Assembly: GCA_964019335.1 (NCBI GenBank)
Contig: OZ025683.1
Location: forward strand, 248,001 to 311,823
Source: Diplonema japonicum
Taxonomy: Eukaryota > Protista > Euglenozoa: Diplonemea
DNA: 63,823 bases
Direction of reading: 5' to 3'
Shown here: positions 41,044-54,000 of the stretch, one piece after another
Layout: every line of letters begins with the position of its first letter
Position numbering within the stretch: the stretch's first letter is position 1
Position numbers and translations under genes: made by a program
Notes under the pieces: generated by a model
The model's input: only the letters and a program-made list of their open reading frames with translations
Told to the model about the DNA's origin: nothing
The model's database searches: none

Positions 41044-43488
41044 ATGGTGCGCAGGCCGTATAGACGGCACGTCATCAGCAAGCTAGCGGACACCATCGCG
41101 GTGAAGCCGAAGGAATGGTGGGAGAAACGGTCTCCGAATGACATTTGCAGGACATTGGGGATGTTTGTGAAGTACTACGTGGCCCACAACGAGCTTCTAC
41201 GCGTGGTCCGCCCGGAAATAGAGAACAGACTGAAGGACATGTCGTCCCACGACCTCCACAAGACTATCGTGAGAAGCGAGGTGCTGAGCCTTCTAAAAGG
41301 AACGCTCATGGAAACCAGCAGCAGAATATTCACAGAACAAATGCGCTCCGAGCTCCCCTCCCACCCTGACAGGTTGTTTTACCTGACACACGTCGTTGCT
41401 GCGTACGATGCAAAAAAGATTTTCTACCAAGAAGCTGCGGAGCTGCTTGTAGCACACGTTCCTGCAGAGTACTATCTGAACCTCAGGGTGGCGTCTACGA
41501 ACATACGGTATATCTCATCGTGTTTGGGATGGGAAAAAGCGTGGGGGTTTGCTAAGAAACAAGAGCGATTCCTATTGGCCGCGACGAAGGATCTTGGGGC
41601 GAGGGACCTCGCGTTTCAGCTGGATGCGATCAAAACCCTTTTCGATGTGAGGTTTGAGACTAAAACGTTAGCAGAAAGCCTCGAAACCCTGGTGCATTCC
41701 GTGGGACCGAAATTCACCCTGCCCCAGGCAGTTGAGGCAGCATCATTACTTTCTCATATGAACCGGAACATCCCTTACCTGTACCGAATGCTGGGAGGTG
41801 TTGTGGCACACGAGCTGCGGCATCACGACAACACAGAAATCCCGCTTGCCTACGTGCGGTCAATCGTTGTTGGGATCACTTCTTGTTCGTCAACGGAATA
41901 TCTTTCATCTGTTTACCCATCCCTCTCGCCTTGGCTCTGCGATATGTGCATGCACTGGGATATTGACACAGCAACCACCGTTATGCAGGCAATTGCAGGA
42001 TCGAGCTTCAAATACGATTGGGATGCCTTTGTCTTCAAGTTGTTCGAGGTTGTTCTGGAGAAACCATCAAGTGTGGCTGGGCCGGATATTTGCAGGCTGT
42101 TGGGATGTGCGGTGCAGTCGAAAGACGGGAGGGGCAACGACGAGTTCGAAACTGCAGTGGTGGCAACGCTTTCAAAAATCTCTTCGAAAAAAATCGAGAA
42201 GTTCGATGTCGGCTCGCTGTGCCGCTTGCTGATGATAACAGGCTCTTTAAGCGAAAGGAGCTCCAGAGCAACAACATCAACTGTGGAACAAGTCGTTCTC
42301 GGGCTGAACATCGCGTACAACTTAGACAGATCGGACGGAATTTTACGAAGAACACAGCCACCCGTTGAGCACGACGCTGTCATGGCGCTTCTCACAGACG
42401 CACCGACTGAAGAATCGCCTCCTGTGAAACGGATTCTTTTTAAGCACTTGTTGATGATCTTTGACAGCGTGCAAAAGATGAAACACCACCCTGCTTTGCA
42501 GAAGCTCCACTGGGTGCCCCTTGAAATCGTGGACCAAATCGACAAAGTAGCCACGCTCACGGACATTAAGTTTGCAATAGAAGCGTTGATCGCAACGGGT
42601 GTGAAGCGAGCTGCAGTGGACCTGCTTGTCAACAAGGTAAAGAGCAGCTTACAATACACCCACACCGAGACAAGGCTATGCCACGTCCTGTCGGCATTCA
42701 GCAGAATCAAGGCGGTCCAGCAAAATTTGACGCAAACCGTTATGTTGAACCTGGAAAACCGGAAGAAAGTGGTTCTTGATGGGAAATCGATGTCGAAGCT
42801 GGCCTCGTACCTAACTGCGGCAAGGGCAACGGACGTACGAACACGTAATATCTTAACAGGAAGCAACATAGTTTTCACAGGGTTTCGGACAGGAAGCGAT
42901 TTGTTAAACGTTCTCGTATACTTCACCAAGTGTAAGCATGCCCCACCTGATCAGATGCTGTCGAAGGTGAAGGGTCTTGTCCCCAAGGCACCTGTTGAGG
43001 TTGCGGTTAAGATGTTCCACCACCTGTGGCTTTTTTTCAAGCACCGCGTAGTGCAGCACCCGATTGCATCCGAGCTCACCTCTGCCTTGAACAGTCTAGT
43101 GGGGTACTTATCCGGTCTTGTCGGCTCGCTTTCTGGAACAGACGTGCTTTTATCAGGTATCGCCTGTAGGGCGTGCCATGTTGCAGCGCCGTTTTTGAAA
43201 AAGCTTTCGAACAGGCTTTCAAGCCTCGACACGTCGAGTTGTAACCCTACGATGCTTGTCCAGCTCCTCTCCTCCTTCAGTTTGCACCGTGTTGCCTCTC
43301 CTGGGCTGCTTCCGGTCGTCGCTGCAGTTGAATCTGCGTTCTGGTCGATCCCGCAAGCTACCGCCACAGAAGCTGTTGTCGCGTTGGCCGCTTTATCCGT
43401 CAGAGACGAAAAATTCTGGAGCAAGGTCCGTCGGGGCCTGGAGAAGAACCATTTTAGAGACGCGGTCATGATTTCCAAGTTGGTATAG
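41044..43488 (+). CDS. Alpha-helical repeat protein, possibly organellar RNA-binding (FASTK/RAP-like)
   Basis: 814-aa ORF; Arg-rich N-terminus; recurring amphipathic helical units (e.g. MLVQLLSSFSLHRV, AVVALAALSVRDEKFW). Confidence 0.65.
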   Translation: MVRRPYRRHVISKLADTIAVKPKEWWEKRSPNDICRTLGMFVKYYVAHNELLRVVRPEIENRLKDMSSHDLHKTIVRSEVLSLLKGTLMETSSRIFTEQMRSELPSHPDRLFYLTHVVAAYDAKKIFYQEAAELLVAHVPAEYYLNLRVASTNIRYISSCLGWEKAWGFAKKQERFLLAATKDLGARDLAFQLDAIKTLFDVRFETKTLAESLETLVHSVGPKFTLPQAVEAASLLSHMNRNIPYLYRMLGGVVAHELRHHDNTEIPLAYVRSIVVGITSCSSTEYLSSVYPSLSPWLCDMCMHWDIDTATTVMQAIAGSSFKYDWDAFVFKLFEVVLEKPSSVAGPDICRLLGCAVQSKDGRGNDEFETAVVATLSKISSKKIEKFDVGSLCRLLMITGSLSERSSRATTSTVEQVVLGLNIAYNLDRSDGILRRTQPPVEHDAVMALLTDAPTEESPPVKRILFKHLLMIFDSVQKMKHHPALQKLHWVPLEIVDQIDKVATLTDIKFAIEALIATGVKRAAVDLLVNKVKSSLQYTHTETRLCHVLSAFSRIKAVQQNLTQTVMLNLENRKKVVLDGKSMSKLASYLTAARATDVRTRNILTGSNIVFTGFRTGSDLLNVLVYFTKCKHAPPDQMLSKVKGLVPKAPVEVAVKMFHHLWLFFKHRVVQHPIASELTSALNSLVGYLSGLVGSLSGTDVLLSGIACRACHVAAPFLKKLSNRLSSLDTSSCNPTMLVQLLSSFSLHRVASPGLLPVVAAVESAFWSIPQATATEAVVALAALSVRDEKFWSKVRRGLEKNHFRDAVMISKLV

Positions 43489-43612
43489 GCCCAAGGAAAG
43501 AAATTCTTTTTTTTTTCTTATATTCTCTGTTTCCCGCTCGGCCAAGTTTAAAAAAACAAAAAACAAACACAAAGGAGCGAGGGTGGGCGGGAGGGGGGTG
43601 TGGGAGGAGGGT

Positions 43613-44356
43613 ATGGTGCAGCTCAGCTCCGAGATCAGGCGGCTGAAGAAACAAGGCCTGCACAGATGCTGCAGACCAGAGGTGGTCGAGGACGGCAGCA
43701 TCCTCACCGTGACTTTAAATGTCTACGACCTGCTGACACGGAAGTGGAACGGGATGGCTGAGAAAGTAGGCATGGGTGTCTACCACACAGGACTGGAGAT
43801 AAACGGCACAGAGTGGAGCTATGGCGACTACGGGGGGATGTACTGCGTGGGGAGCGGGCGGGCGGTCGACGGGCAGTTCTTGTGCAGCATACCTATCGGC
43901 GAGGTAAGGATGAGCAAGGGAAAATTCGACTGGGTGGTGGAAGGGTTGAAAAAAGAATGGTCTCCTCTTGATTACGATATCAGAAGGAGGAATTGCAACC
44001 ACTTCACCGCTGCAATGGCGAGAAAGCTGGCAGACAGTAACTTGTTGCCCGAAAGCAGTTTGGTACAGCCGCCTTGGCTTAACCGTGCTGCTCGGTTCTC
44101 TTCCTCTCTGCCGACGTTTTTCTTCAACTGGCTCCTTGAGCGTGCAAACGCTGGTCCACCTCCTCGAGGTGTCGTTGAAGGAAAAGCCCTCACCTCTGCC
44201 ATCTCCGTTTCTTCCTCTACATCCTCCTCCGCTACCAACCCACTGGTCCCTGTTAGGGCTTCTTTGATATCGATTTCAATTCCCGACCCTATCCCACCGA
44301 CGTTCCTTCCCCTTGCTCTTGATACCTCTGAAGAGGACTCTGTGGTAATAGAGTGA
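43613..44356 (+). CDS. PPPDE/DeSI family peptidase (C97)
   Basis: VTLNVYDL, GVYHTGLEINGTEWSYG, YDIRRRNCNHFT, PPWLNRAAR. Confidence 0.93.
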   Translation: MVQLSSEIRRLKKQGLHRCCRPEVVEDGSILTVTLNVYDLLTRKWNGMAEKVGMGVYHTGLEINGTEWSYGDYGGMYCVGSGRAVDGQFLCSIPIGEVRMSKGKFDWVVEGLKKEWSPLDYDIRRRNCNHFTAAMARKLADSNLLPESSLVQPPWLNRAARFSSSLPTFFFNWLLERANAGPPPRGVVEGKALTSAISVSSSTSSSATNPLVPVRASLISISIPDPIPPTFLPLALDTSEEDSVVIE

Positions 44357-45455
44357 TCAATGGAGAGAGGGGGAGGAATGCTGTATACTTTATTTTTTTT
44401 TTACCTCGACCTTGTCCCCCTTGTTTAGGGAGGGTACTGAGGGAGGTGATCGGTGTTTTAAAACAAGAGGAACATAAGAAAACTAAAGGAAATGGGGGGG
44501 GGGGGGGGGGGGGGGTAGCCTTCAACAGAATAATTGAAATACAACTCTGCTCTGGTAAGAAGAAAGGGGGTGAAATGGAGGAACCTTGTTTTTTTTTTTT
44601 TCACTCTTTTTCTTTGTGCGGAGCTTGAATCGGTTATAAGAAGGAGGAAAAGAAAGAAAGAAAGAAAAACGCTGCTAAATCCCTATTGCAGTTGTACCCT
44701 TCACACTGTGATTAAAGGGAGAAAGTGAAGAAGAAGAGGAAGAAAAAAAAAAAGGAGGGAGGAGAAAACCCCCACAATCAACATCAAGATGAAGAAAAAA
44801 AAAAAGAAGAAAGAAAAAAAGATGGACCAACAAGAAAGAAATGGACCATTTTATTTGGACCCCCCCCCTTTAACTGCCAAGTAACCCAACACAATTAACC
44901 TAACCGTAATAAAAAATGCAAATTAAAAAAATGAAGTAAAAAGTTAGTTAAACGGGATTTTTTACCTAATAAAATATCTCCTCACGAGACGCTATCAACA
45001 AGTAATCAGTCTCGTAATATGATATTGTTAAAAAAAACAAAAAAAAGGGGGGGGGGAACGAATCGTAAAACTTAGAAGGGAGGGGGGGAAAAAAAAAACC
45101 CCCCGTCTAATTTTTTTCTCTTTTTTTTTTCTTTTGAAGAAAAGCAAAAAAAAAAAAAAGGATGCAGCCAGAATGGGAATTAAAAGGAGAAGTGGGGGGG
45201 GGGGGGATGCTCAAAGTATTTTTTTTTTCCTTCTTCTCGTTATCTCCCCAACCCCACTTTGTTGGTTGCCGCTTATATCTTTTTTTTTTCTTGTTTTTTT
45301 ATATTATTTTTCTTCCTTCCTTTCTCCTATTGTAAGTCTGTTGTTTAGTTTGTTCTTATTTATAATATTAAAAAAAAAAAAAAATTGTCGCTCAGTATTC
45401 ACACATTCTAGGTTTCTTACAAAAAATACAAAAAAAAAAAAAAAAAAAAAAAAAA

Positions 45456-46178
45456 ATGGGCTGTGAATCTTCAAAAGCACTAAAGCCCGGAGCAAAGCGC
45501 CCCGCAGCTTCAACCCTTAAGAGCCCGCCGTCGGTCAGCCAGGAAAGCGATTCCTTCCCAAGCCCGACGTACAGCGAGAAAGAGGTGAATCTACCCCCGA
45601 TCTGCGAGGCGATCCCATGCCAAGAAGAATCTAATTCTAAAAACCCAGTTTTCGTAGGCAAGGTTGCCGCCGGTGGTATGACCCTCACCCATTTCCCGGG
45701 GAGAAAGATGATGGAAAAACTGAAAGATTCAGGCTGCGATGTTGTTGTTACCCTTCAAAAGGACAAGGAGGGCGCGCAGAAGGTAAAGGAACTTTGCCAG
45801 ACCTACAGAGTACAATGGATTCAGATCGACTTCTGGAATCTGTACCACACAAAAAACTCGGCTGTGCTCCACTCCCAGGTGACAGTGATGGCTGACTTAA
45901 TTAGGTCAGGGCGAAAAGTTGCTATTCATTGTGCTGCCGGGATCCACCGAACTGGAATGTTCGGCTACGCCGTGCTTCGGGAGCTTGGTTACACCACTGC
46001 TGCTGCCTCGCTCTCTCTTAGGAGCCTCAGGGAAGTGACGTATTTGAGAGTGGGAAGACATAGAATCCTTGGGATGGAAGATCTGCTGGGCGACCTGTTC
46101 CCGTTCCAATTTGAAGGTGGCGAGGAACATACTTACCTTCCTCCCAGCACTGAACCGCTTGCTGCCTCGGCTGCGTGA
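45456..46178 (+). CDS. Cys-dependent protein tyrosine/dual-specificity phosphatase-like, likely N-myristoylated
   Basis: HCAAGIHRTG (CX5R); N-terminus MGCESSK. Confidence 0.88.
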   Translation: MGCESSKALKPGAKRPAASTLKSPPSVSQESDSFPSPTYSEKEVNLPPICEAIPCQEESNSKNPVFVGKVAAGGMTLTHFPGRKMMEKLKDSGCDVVVTLQKDKEGAQKVKELCQTYRVQWIQIDFWNLYHTKNSAVLHSQVTVMADLIRSGRKVAIHCAAGIHRTGMFGYAVLRELGYTTAAASLSLRSLREVTYLRVGRHRILGMEDLLGDLFPFQFEGGEEHTYLPPSTEPLAASAA

Positions 46179-46910
46179 TACAAATATAAAATGAGAAAAA
46201 AAGAGGGGGGGTTGTGTGTCGGAACGGGTAGAGGAAGGGGAAAATATTTCCCCCCTCGAACAACCCCCCGGTTGCTTCTCCCCTGTTCCACCCGTCCACA
46301 CCTCCTTTATTTTATTAAGACGATTATTTCCCTTCCACATTTTTTTTTTTCCTTTTTTTTTTTTTTTCTTGCCGTATTTTTTCAAATCCAAAAAAAAAAA
46401 AACCCCCATCCCTTATTGCGGGAAATGTAGAATTTAATTCTGGGGGGGATCTTTCAATTTTTTTTGTTTTTGAAAAGCACCAACCTTTTTTTTTTTTTCT
46501 TACATTCTTTAAAAGTAAAGATGTTTGAAGCCCTTTTTTTAAAAAAAAATTTTATTTGGAAATAAAAAATACGGTATTTTTTTATCTAGTTGCTTTTTTT
46601 TTGGGGGGGGGGCATATCTTAATTTGTTTTTTGCACCAAAAGGGAGCAACATGACACAATAGGGAAAAACAATAAAAAAACCTCAACCTGATCCCGCCCC
46701 CTCTCCCTTGATGACAATCGCTCGGTGGGATATAGGATTTAGGGTTAGCACTCACCAACGTGCATTGGCTAGTGTAAGTGCTTTTCCTTCATCTTAGTGA
46801 GTAAAAAAAAAAAAAAAAATCCCTGTACATCGAAAAATTTCGTGTTCCCCTCCCCCTTCTTCTTTTTTTCCCTTTCTTATTTCAGTGCCCAGCTGCACAC
46901 TGGGTTAGAA

Positions 46911-46945
<35 letters not shown>

Positions 46946-47400
46946 CACCATTCCCTATATTTTTATTTTTATTTTATTTCTACTTCTATACTTATAGTTT
47001 TAACGCAAATTTTTATTTATTTATTTTAACGATAATGAGAATTTGGGTAGGAAAGGACCCCTTCCCCCTGATACAAAGGAGAACTAATAATAAAAAAAGA
47101 AAAAAACAGGAAGTGGAAGGGAAAGAAAAAAAAAAGGAATAAAAAAAAGAATAATAAGAGAGGGCAACTAGAATTGAAGAGAGCTCTCTCTTATTCGTTC
47201 CCGGATTTGTTCACCCCCCCTTTTTTTTTCTAATTTTTTCCCTTCCCTCGACTTTTTTCTAACCTTTATTTTTTTTTTTCCCTGTACCCCCCTCTCATTT
47301 GTAACGCATGCATTGTTTCTTTTTTTTTTTTTTTTTTTTTTTCCTTCCCTGATTCTTTTTTTTTTTTCCGTACTGTAACGCAAGTTTTTTTTTTTTTTTT

Positions 47401-48074
47401 ATGTATAACTCGAGCCGGGTTTTCAAGGGTGGGAGTGAAAATAAGATTTTACTTTATGTCACTCCCAGCTTTATTTTCACTCCCAGTTTACCTTGAATTA
47501 GGCCCAGGAGTGAAATAATGTTCGAGCGTGAAATAATGTAACATTATTTCACTCCTGGGCCTAATTTCACCTATTCCACCTAGGTTTAGGGCAAGTAACA
47601 GCAAGATCAACGCCATCATCCAACGAAACTTCGGTAAAAAAAATGCAGAGCTTTCCCGGGGTTGCACTTCTTTTGAAGAAGGCCATGAGGTGAAAAAAGC
47701 TTCGGTGTTTAGTCAGGAACAAATGAAAGAGTATCTGGCAATGAAATTCAGCAACAACATAGTGCGTCAGGCATATGCAGCTTGCATGTTTGGACAAAAG
47801 AGTCGCACAAACTGAAATTTAGCGACATTGTATCTCTCACACCCTGTAACCCAATCCCACTTTTCACTTGTTACCTCCCACCCTTTCAAACCCGGCTCTT
47901 GTTAAATAAAACAACGTATTAGTGAAAATAAGAGCATTATTCCACTTGTGGTGGCAGGTTTAACTCGCAGCTTTTTACTTCACTCGCTTCGTTCGTGAAC
48001 TAAGATCCCTACTCGTTAAACCCCCTGCCACCACGCGTGAAATAATGCTATCTTATTTTCACTTAATAAATAGC

Positions 48075-48078
<4 letters not shown>
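47401..48078 (+). mobile_element. Tyrosine-recombinase (Crypton-like) element derivative
   Basis: IR GAGCCGGGTTTTCAAGGGTGGGAG (~47412) / CTCCCACCCTTTCAAACCCGGCTC (~47875); long hairpin ~47918-48067; ends TAAATAGCTATTT. Confidence 0.75.
47600..47795 (+). pseudogene. Tyrosine recombinase N-terminal/linker remnant
   Basis: SKINAIIQRNFGKK/MQSFPGVALLLK/EGHEVKKASVFSQEQMKEYL, with two frameshifts, resembles the region preceding the first catalytic Arg of eukaryotic transposon YRs. Confidence 0.6.
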
Positions 48079-48114
<36 letters not shown>

Positions 48115-48158
48115 AATTTAGGTCACCCGAGGTAAGACTGGGTATTATCCCGTCAAAC

Positions 48159-48205
<47 letters not shown>

Positions 48206-51017
48206 CCTGAAGCTCCTTCTTTTCCGGGTATTTTTGTTATATTTTTATTATTTTTTTTTTTATTTCCACTCTATATTTTTATTTTTCTGCTGTAAAAGAG
48301 AAATAATACAGAAGAAGAAGAAGAAAAAGCCTAAAAAGATCGTTTAATCTTCACTAACTGGCAAGTGTGACCCAGTGCAAATTGCATGATGTGGTTTATA
48401 AGTAACATTCTTCTTGAACAGTGAAATCATCTTGCACAAGTTTTTTTTTTTTTTTGACACCCCTCGCACGAAAATTCTTGGGGTAGTAACACTTCAAGAG
48501 ATCTTTGTATTTAAAAAAAAAAAAAAAGTGAGAGAGAGGAAGCAAGTTCTTTTTTTTTCCCCGCAAGAAAATGAGGGGGGGGGGGGGGGGGGGGGGATAG
48601 ATCACTAAGAGACCACCTCATGTCGAAAAGGCTTAAAGAACAAGAATATGCGAATTTTTAAGGGAGGGTGCTGACTTTCGGAATCTGAAGAGTTCCTCCA
48701 TGTGGTCAGCCTAGAAGCACAATGCCCCTTTCCTTTTTTTTTTATATTGTCTATTTATGTGCAAGAAAGAACCCAAAAGTAGCTTTTTTTTTCTTTCTTT
48801 GGGAGGGGCGGGGTGGCTGGACACATAGGTAGCGCGCTTCCAACTTGGTTTTTTTTTCTCTTTTTTTTTTCCATACCTGACATTGGAGTGCTTGCCTGCT
48901 TTCCTTCCACCCTTCTGTCCACTGTTAACTTCCCTATCTTTTTTATTCTTTCAAAGAGTTTTACTTTTTTTTCTTCGAGAAGAATATTTTTTTTTGAAAA
49001 AAAAGTGTTGCACGTCATCCGTGTTTTTTTTTTTTTCTTTTCTTATAAATGTCTTTCCCCCCCCCTTTTTTTTCGTTTCCTATCTCCCCCCTCCTCTCCC
49101 CTCTCCCCACACTTCAGAATGCTTGGAGAGCAGTTCATTGATTCTGACGAAGAAAATGTTGGAGGGGAAAAAAATAAAAGAGAAACAAAAATGATTTTTT
49201 ATTTTTTATTTTTTTAGAACAGCAGGAAAAAAAAAAATAAACTTTCATTTATTTTCTTCTTTTTTTTTTTCCTCCTCCTTCTCAACTGTAACGCAACTCT
49301 TTGCTTTTGGTGGCGCCCTATTAAAATTTCTGTCCCTCCAAAAAAAAAAAGAGAAATAATAAAAAAAAAAAAGAAATACCAGCACAATTTTTAAATAGAA
49401 TTGAACGGACCCCCCCCCCTAATATTTACCTTCAATTCCTCCCTAAACCTTCCTCCTTCCTTTTTTTTTCTTTTCCCTTTCTTTCACCTCCCTCTTTTTT
49501 TTTCCTTTTTTTTTTTTAAAGAAGATCTTCTTCTTTAACTATTTATATTTATTGAAACGCATAACAACATCAAAATAAAATTACTTTTTTTTGCTGTCCT
49601 GCTTGGCGTGTCTCGGAGCACTACCTCCAACTTCCTTGATCGTACCGAAATGTGAGCGCACACCGAAACTATCTAAAGTCGCAATCTTGGAAATTTTCAT
49701 TTTCCCTCCCTCCCCCCCCTCCTTTTTTTTAGCAGGAGCCTTATTTTACCTAACCAAACGAATAAGGTTCCCTCCTGGAAAAAAAAAATTTTTTTTTTTA
49801 CTCTTGATTTTTTGGCGGCCTGTCACATACCGCAGGTACCCTTAAATGTCTCTTTTTTTTTTTTTTTTTTTTTTACAGAAAAAAAAAAGAGGAAAGTGTT
49901 CACCCAACAACAACTTTTCTTTTTTTTTTTTTTTTTTCCTTCCTTCCCGTGATTCTCTCGTTGCCTCCATCCGCATTCTATCTGAGAGGCCTGATACACA
50001 CCCCCCCCAAAAAAAACTCGTTCGTAAACAAAGAAAAGAAAAGAAAAGAAAAGGGAACCCAGAACTGTACTCTGACAGACTTGATTTGGCGGCTTAAAGT
50101 TGTCTTGACACTGCTAGGACCTCATGTAGGAGGGATACAAAGATGAAAGGCAATGGTGCAGGTTCAGTTTCTGTGCCTCAGCCAAATAAGTTTTCGATTA
50201 CCAGCCTTTTAACACAGATTGATTCTGTGATGATGTTCAACAAGGAAAAAAAAAAATAAATAAATATCTCCCCTCTCAAGATCCCCCCCTGTTCCGCTTT
50301 TGGCGCGAAATAAAAAATGGGGGGGTATAACCTAAACTATTCATTGCCGGGGGAGAAAGAAAAAAAGAAAGGGAAGAAATCCCGACTTTTGTTGTTTTCT
50401 TCCCCGAGCAGAGCTCTCATTTACGTTCACACTCTGTGTGGGCCTAGCACTGTAAAATTATTCTATCGAGAAAAAAAAAGAAAAAAAAGAAAAAAAAAAA
50501 TCCCCTTTTTCTAACTTTTTTTCATTTTCTCTTGGTTCTGATGGACTCCAAAACCGAACAAAATATGTTCTTTCTGAAATAACTGAATCCGTGGCATTGC
50601 GATCGATAGGTGCACCCAAGCGACTGAAGGGGTACACCGGAAGGCCGAAATTCGCATCCAGCAGAACGTGCGAAATTCTGGAAAGACAATGCGCAGTACC
50701 GACTGCACAGAGAAAAGAGTGGTCCGACCCCTTCGTGCCCGACTACAGAGCACAACAACCTACCAGAACGCAGTCCACCCTTCCCGCAGCCATGCATCCT
50801 TCAGCACAGAAGGGTAGCAACATCCGCTAGCGCGGAAAAGAAGTTGCTCGTACGCCAGGCGGTTTATGAAGCAACCAAAGTCATTCTTCTTCTTTCTTTT
50901 TTTTTTTTTTTTTCTTTTTTTTTTCCACCCCCCCCCTGAAACAGAAAAAACAGAAAAAAAAATAAACGGGAAGAAAAAAAAAAAAAAAAAACACAAAAAA
51001 AACAGGCTGGGAGGGCG

Positions 51018-54000
51018 ATGAACGAAGATGGGTCAGTGGGGCTACCAATACTGACATGCACGAACCAACACGAGAAAGCGTGTTCCAAGAGGTACTTGAA
51101 CGCGAGAAGGAGATACAAAAACGAGCTAGGGAGAGTAAAGGATGTCGTCCGAAAGATCCGAGAGGACAAGGCAGAAGCCCACAAAGAAAAGCTTGACAGG
51201 ATGGAGGTGAACCGCGTCGCCCTCAAAAGACTATTAAACGTAAAGAACAAGCCCCGACGAAAAAGCTACGCAGGCGCGGCTAGCGTGATCGGCACGCTCT
51301 CAGAATACGTGGAAACACCTCAAATGTTCCCTTCCCTAGAAAGCCCTATGTCGGGGCTTAAATCGTTGGCAAGCTCCCAGATCGATTTCACAGAACGTAG
51401 TCTTTCTTGCGGCGATGTGTTCATGCTGTGCGAAACTCTCAAGATGCACCCTGAGGTGCACACGCTTGATCTTTCAAGGAACAATCTGGCATCTCAACAC
51501 ACCTGCAAGTTTATCATTCAACTGCTAGAGGCAAACCCTCGTATCACTGATGTTCATTTAAACAGCACATCAATGCCTTCTTACTGGCAAGATCTTGTTC
51601 AAGCCCAGCTTTCTAAAAACACTTCTATCCAACACCAGCATCAAGCCGAGCTTGATAGACGGAATATGCACAGCCTTTACAACACGTGGAGGGATGAACG
51701 GCTTCAAGACCGGATCGGGCTGCTCTCCGACGAACGCATAGAAAGGCACAAGCTGTACAGCGACAGGGATAAGGTGTGGAAGGCGCTCAAAACAGCTTAC
51801 AGGGCGGAGACAAGAAAACTTGTCAGGCATCTTCGCAGAATGGAGATCAAAAAGATAAGAGAAGAAAACATAAACACATTAACCAAAGAAGAGTTAGAAG
51901 CACGAGACTGCCTATACCGGGAATGGCTGTGCGAATGTCTGAAGCTGCTCTACGATGTTGCTGTCGAGTGGCGGTGGGACGTGGAACAAGAGTACAACGC
52001 CGTGCGGTCTCAACTCCGAAAACTGTACTTACAAAACTGGAGGGACGCGAAGAGCGTTGAAACTGCAAGAATCTCAAGAGAAACCGCCGAGCAAACAGCA
52101 GTGGAACAAGAAGCCCTCGACAGCAGAGCAAATCTCGCACGTGAAAAACTAATAGAAGAAATCGAAATCCTCACATGGTACAGAGAAAAACGAGCCTGGA
52201 TCATCGCACGCCAGGAAGCCATGGTGGACATGCTACTCCAAGAATCCACACTACGGGAAGCCATGTCGTACGAAGCACGTGATGAAATAAAGTTCCTACA
52301 CGACAGGAGAAGGAACATCGAGAAGCAACGCGACATTGCACTGATGCAACAGAGACGGCAGGTCTGCACCGAAGAAGAGTCCCTCCGACTGCGTCTAGAA
52401 CGCGAGCAAGATCAACTCTGCCAAATTTTAACCGAAATCACACTACCGTTCATCAATTACGGTTGGCTCAAACACGAGTTCTACATGCTCACATCGCAAC
52501 GAGGCAAACACCTGTCATCATGCCCCATCGTGACCTTTGACTTAAAACAAAAAGTAGTTTCACAATACATGTCTGGGCAAGGTGGCGCTTGGGTATCCTT
52601 GGCATCCGAAGCACATCTTACCGTAGCGATGGAAGAACACTGGTCACAACAGTACGGTGAAATACAAGTAGCATGCAGAGCCGGTCTCACAAAAATGACA
52701 CAGCATGCAACTCAACAGCGAGCAGTGTTCGAAAAGCACAGATCGCAACTAGCCTTATATGATGAAAAGGAGTATCTTTTGAACATCATGAAGACGATAG
52801 AAACGTATATGACACCCACAGACAAGAACCTCCCTGAGCTCATCTCGTGGCTCGAAAGCGACAAAGCCGCCACTAAGAAGATAAAACTATGGGGCGCACG
52901 GGTTCGATTCACCCTACAATACGAATCAGGGAGAAGCGGCTCGCAACTCTTTCTACCTGGTATGGAAGAGCTCGGCAAAGAGACCGTCGATGTGGTGTTC
53001 AACACAAACGGCACATTAGAAACCAAGGAGGTGGTCGACAAGATCACAGCTCTGGAATACTCCAACACGGAAATCACCAACACCCCATACCGCGTCGGGA
53101 TACTCGTTCAGGTAGAGGTAGACATGGCAGACACAGGATTCCACATTTACACCACCGACAAGTTCTTGCAAAAGAACGGAACACCCGCGCCTGATAAACT
53201 GCGAACAATGGTATTCGACGGTGTTCTTGATGTCGTTGTGGTGCCCCCGTACATTCGTCTCGCCCCGCAAAGGCTCAAACCGTGGAAAGAAGGGAACGAC
53301 AAAGGTTTGCAGCTCGTTGAGGACGCCAACGTCAACGACCCACCCATCATCGCTAGACGCAGCGACAAGAAAGTAGTCGTCAGCGACGGAACCGGCTTGG
53401 GGATCACACACTTCGGAAAAGGAAGACTGGTGGCGGAGTTCACCGTGGGACACACCGAGTACGACCATTTATATTTCAGAGCAAATTCGTCAAGAATGCC
53501 CGTTCTCATATACAACGAAGGAACACACAGCATCATGCTGGGAGGGACGTGTGTTGCTAACATTGTGTCGGGTTACTTACTACCAAAAATCGTGTCTGGA
53601 GACGGAATGAAAAAATCCGACGGGGTGGTTGTGATCCAGTTCACAGACGTGGCGGTGTCCTCCGACACCGTGAAACGCATTGTCGAGAGGCTGCGGTTTC
53701 ACAACGTCACCAACGATCCCAACCCAGGCGCGAGAGAGGTCCGTTTCACACTTGAAGACGGTAATGGGTTCTCTGCTTCTATTATGACCTCCTTTGAAGT
53801 CGAAGCTCTCGACGACCCTGCTGAGCTCACACTCAAGCAGAAGAACTTAGTTTTCCACGCTGCACACGGGTACGTCCCGGACGATCTCAAGAAATACATC
53901 GAACCCATGAAACTTCCTCTTTTTAAGGACGCGTCTCTTGAGGACCCCGACACCGAGTTTTTTGTAGGCGGGCATCTTCGAGTCGTGCTCGCGTCTTATC

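Noticed and set aside
50166-50176. CAGTTTCTGT resembling a euglenozoan spliced-leader segment
   Set aside because: Only 10 nt match; no rest of the exon or donor site.
50541-50880. Complex-sequence island with short ORFs upstream of the 1749-aa gene
   Set aside because: No convincing start, splice path or motif in any frame; left unannotated.
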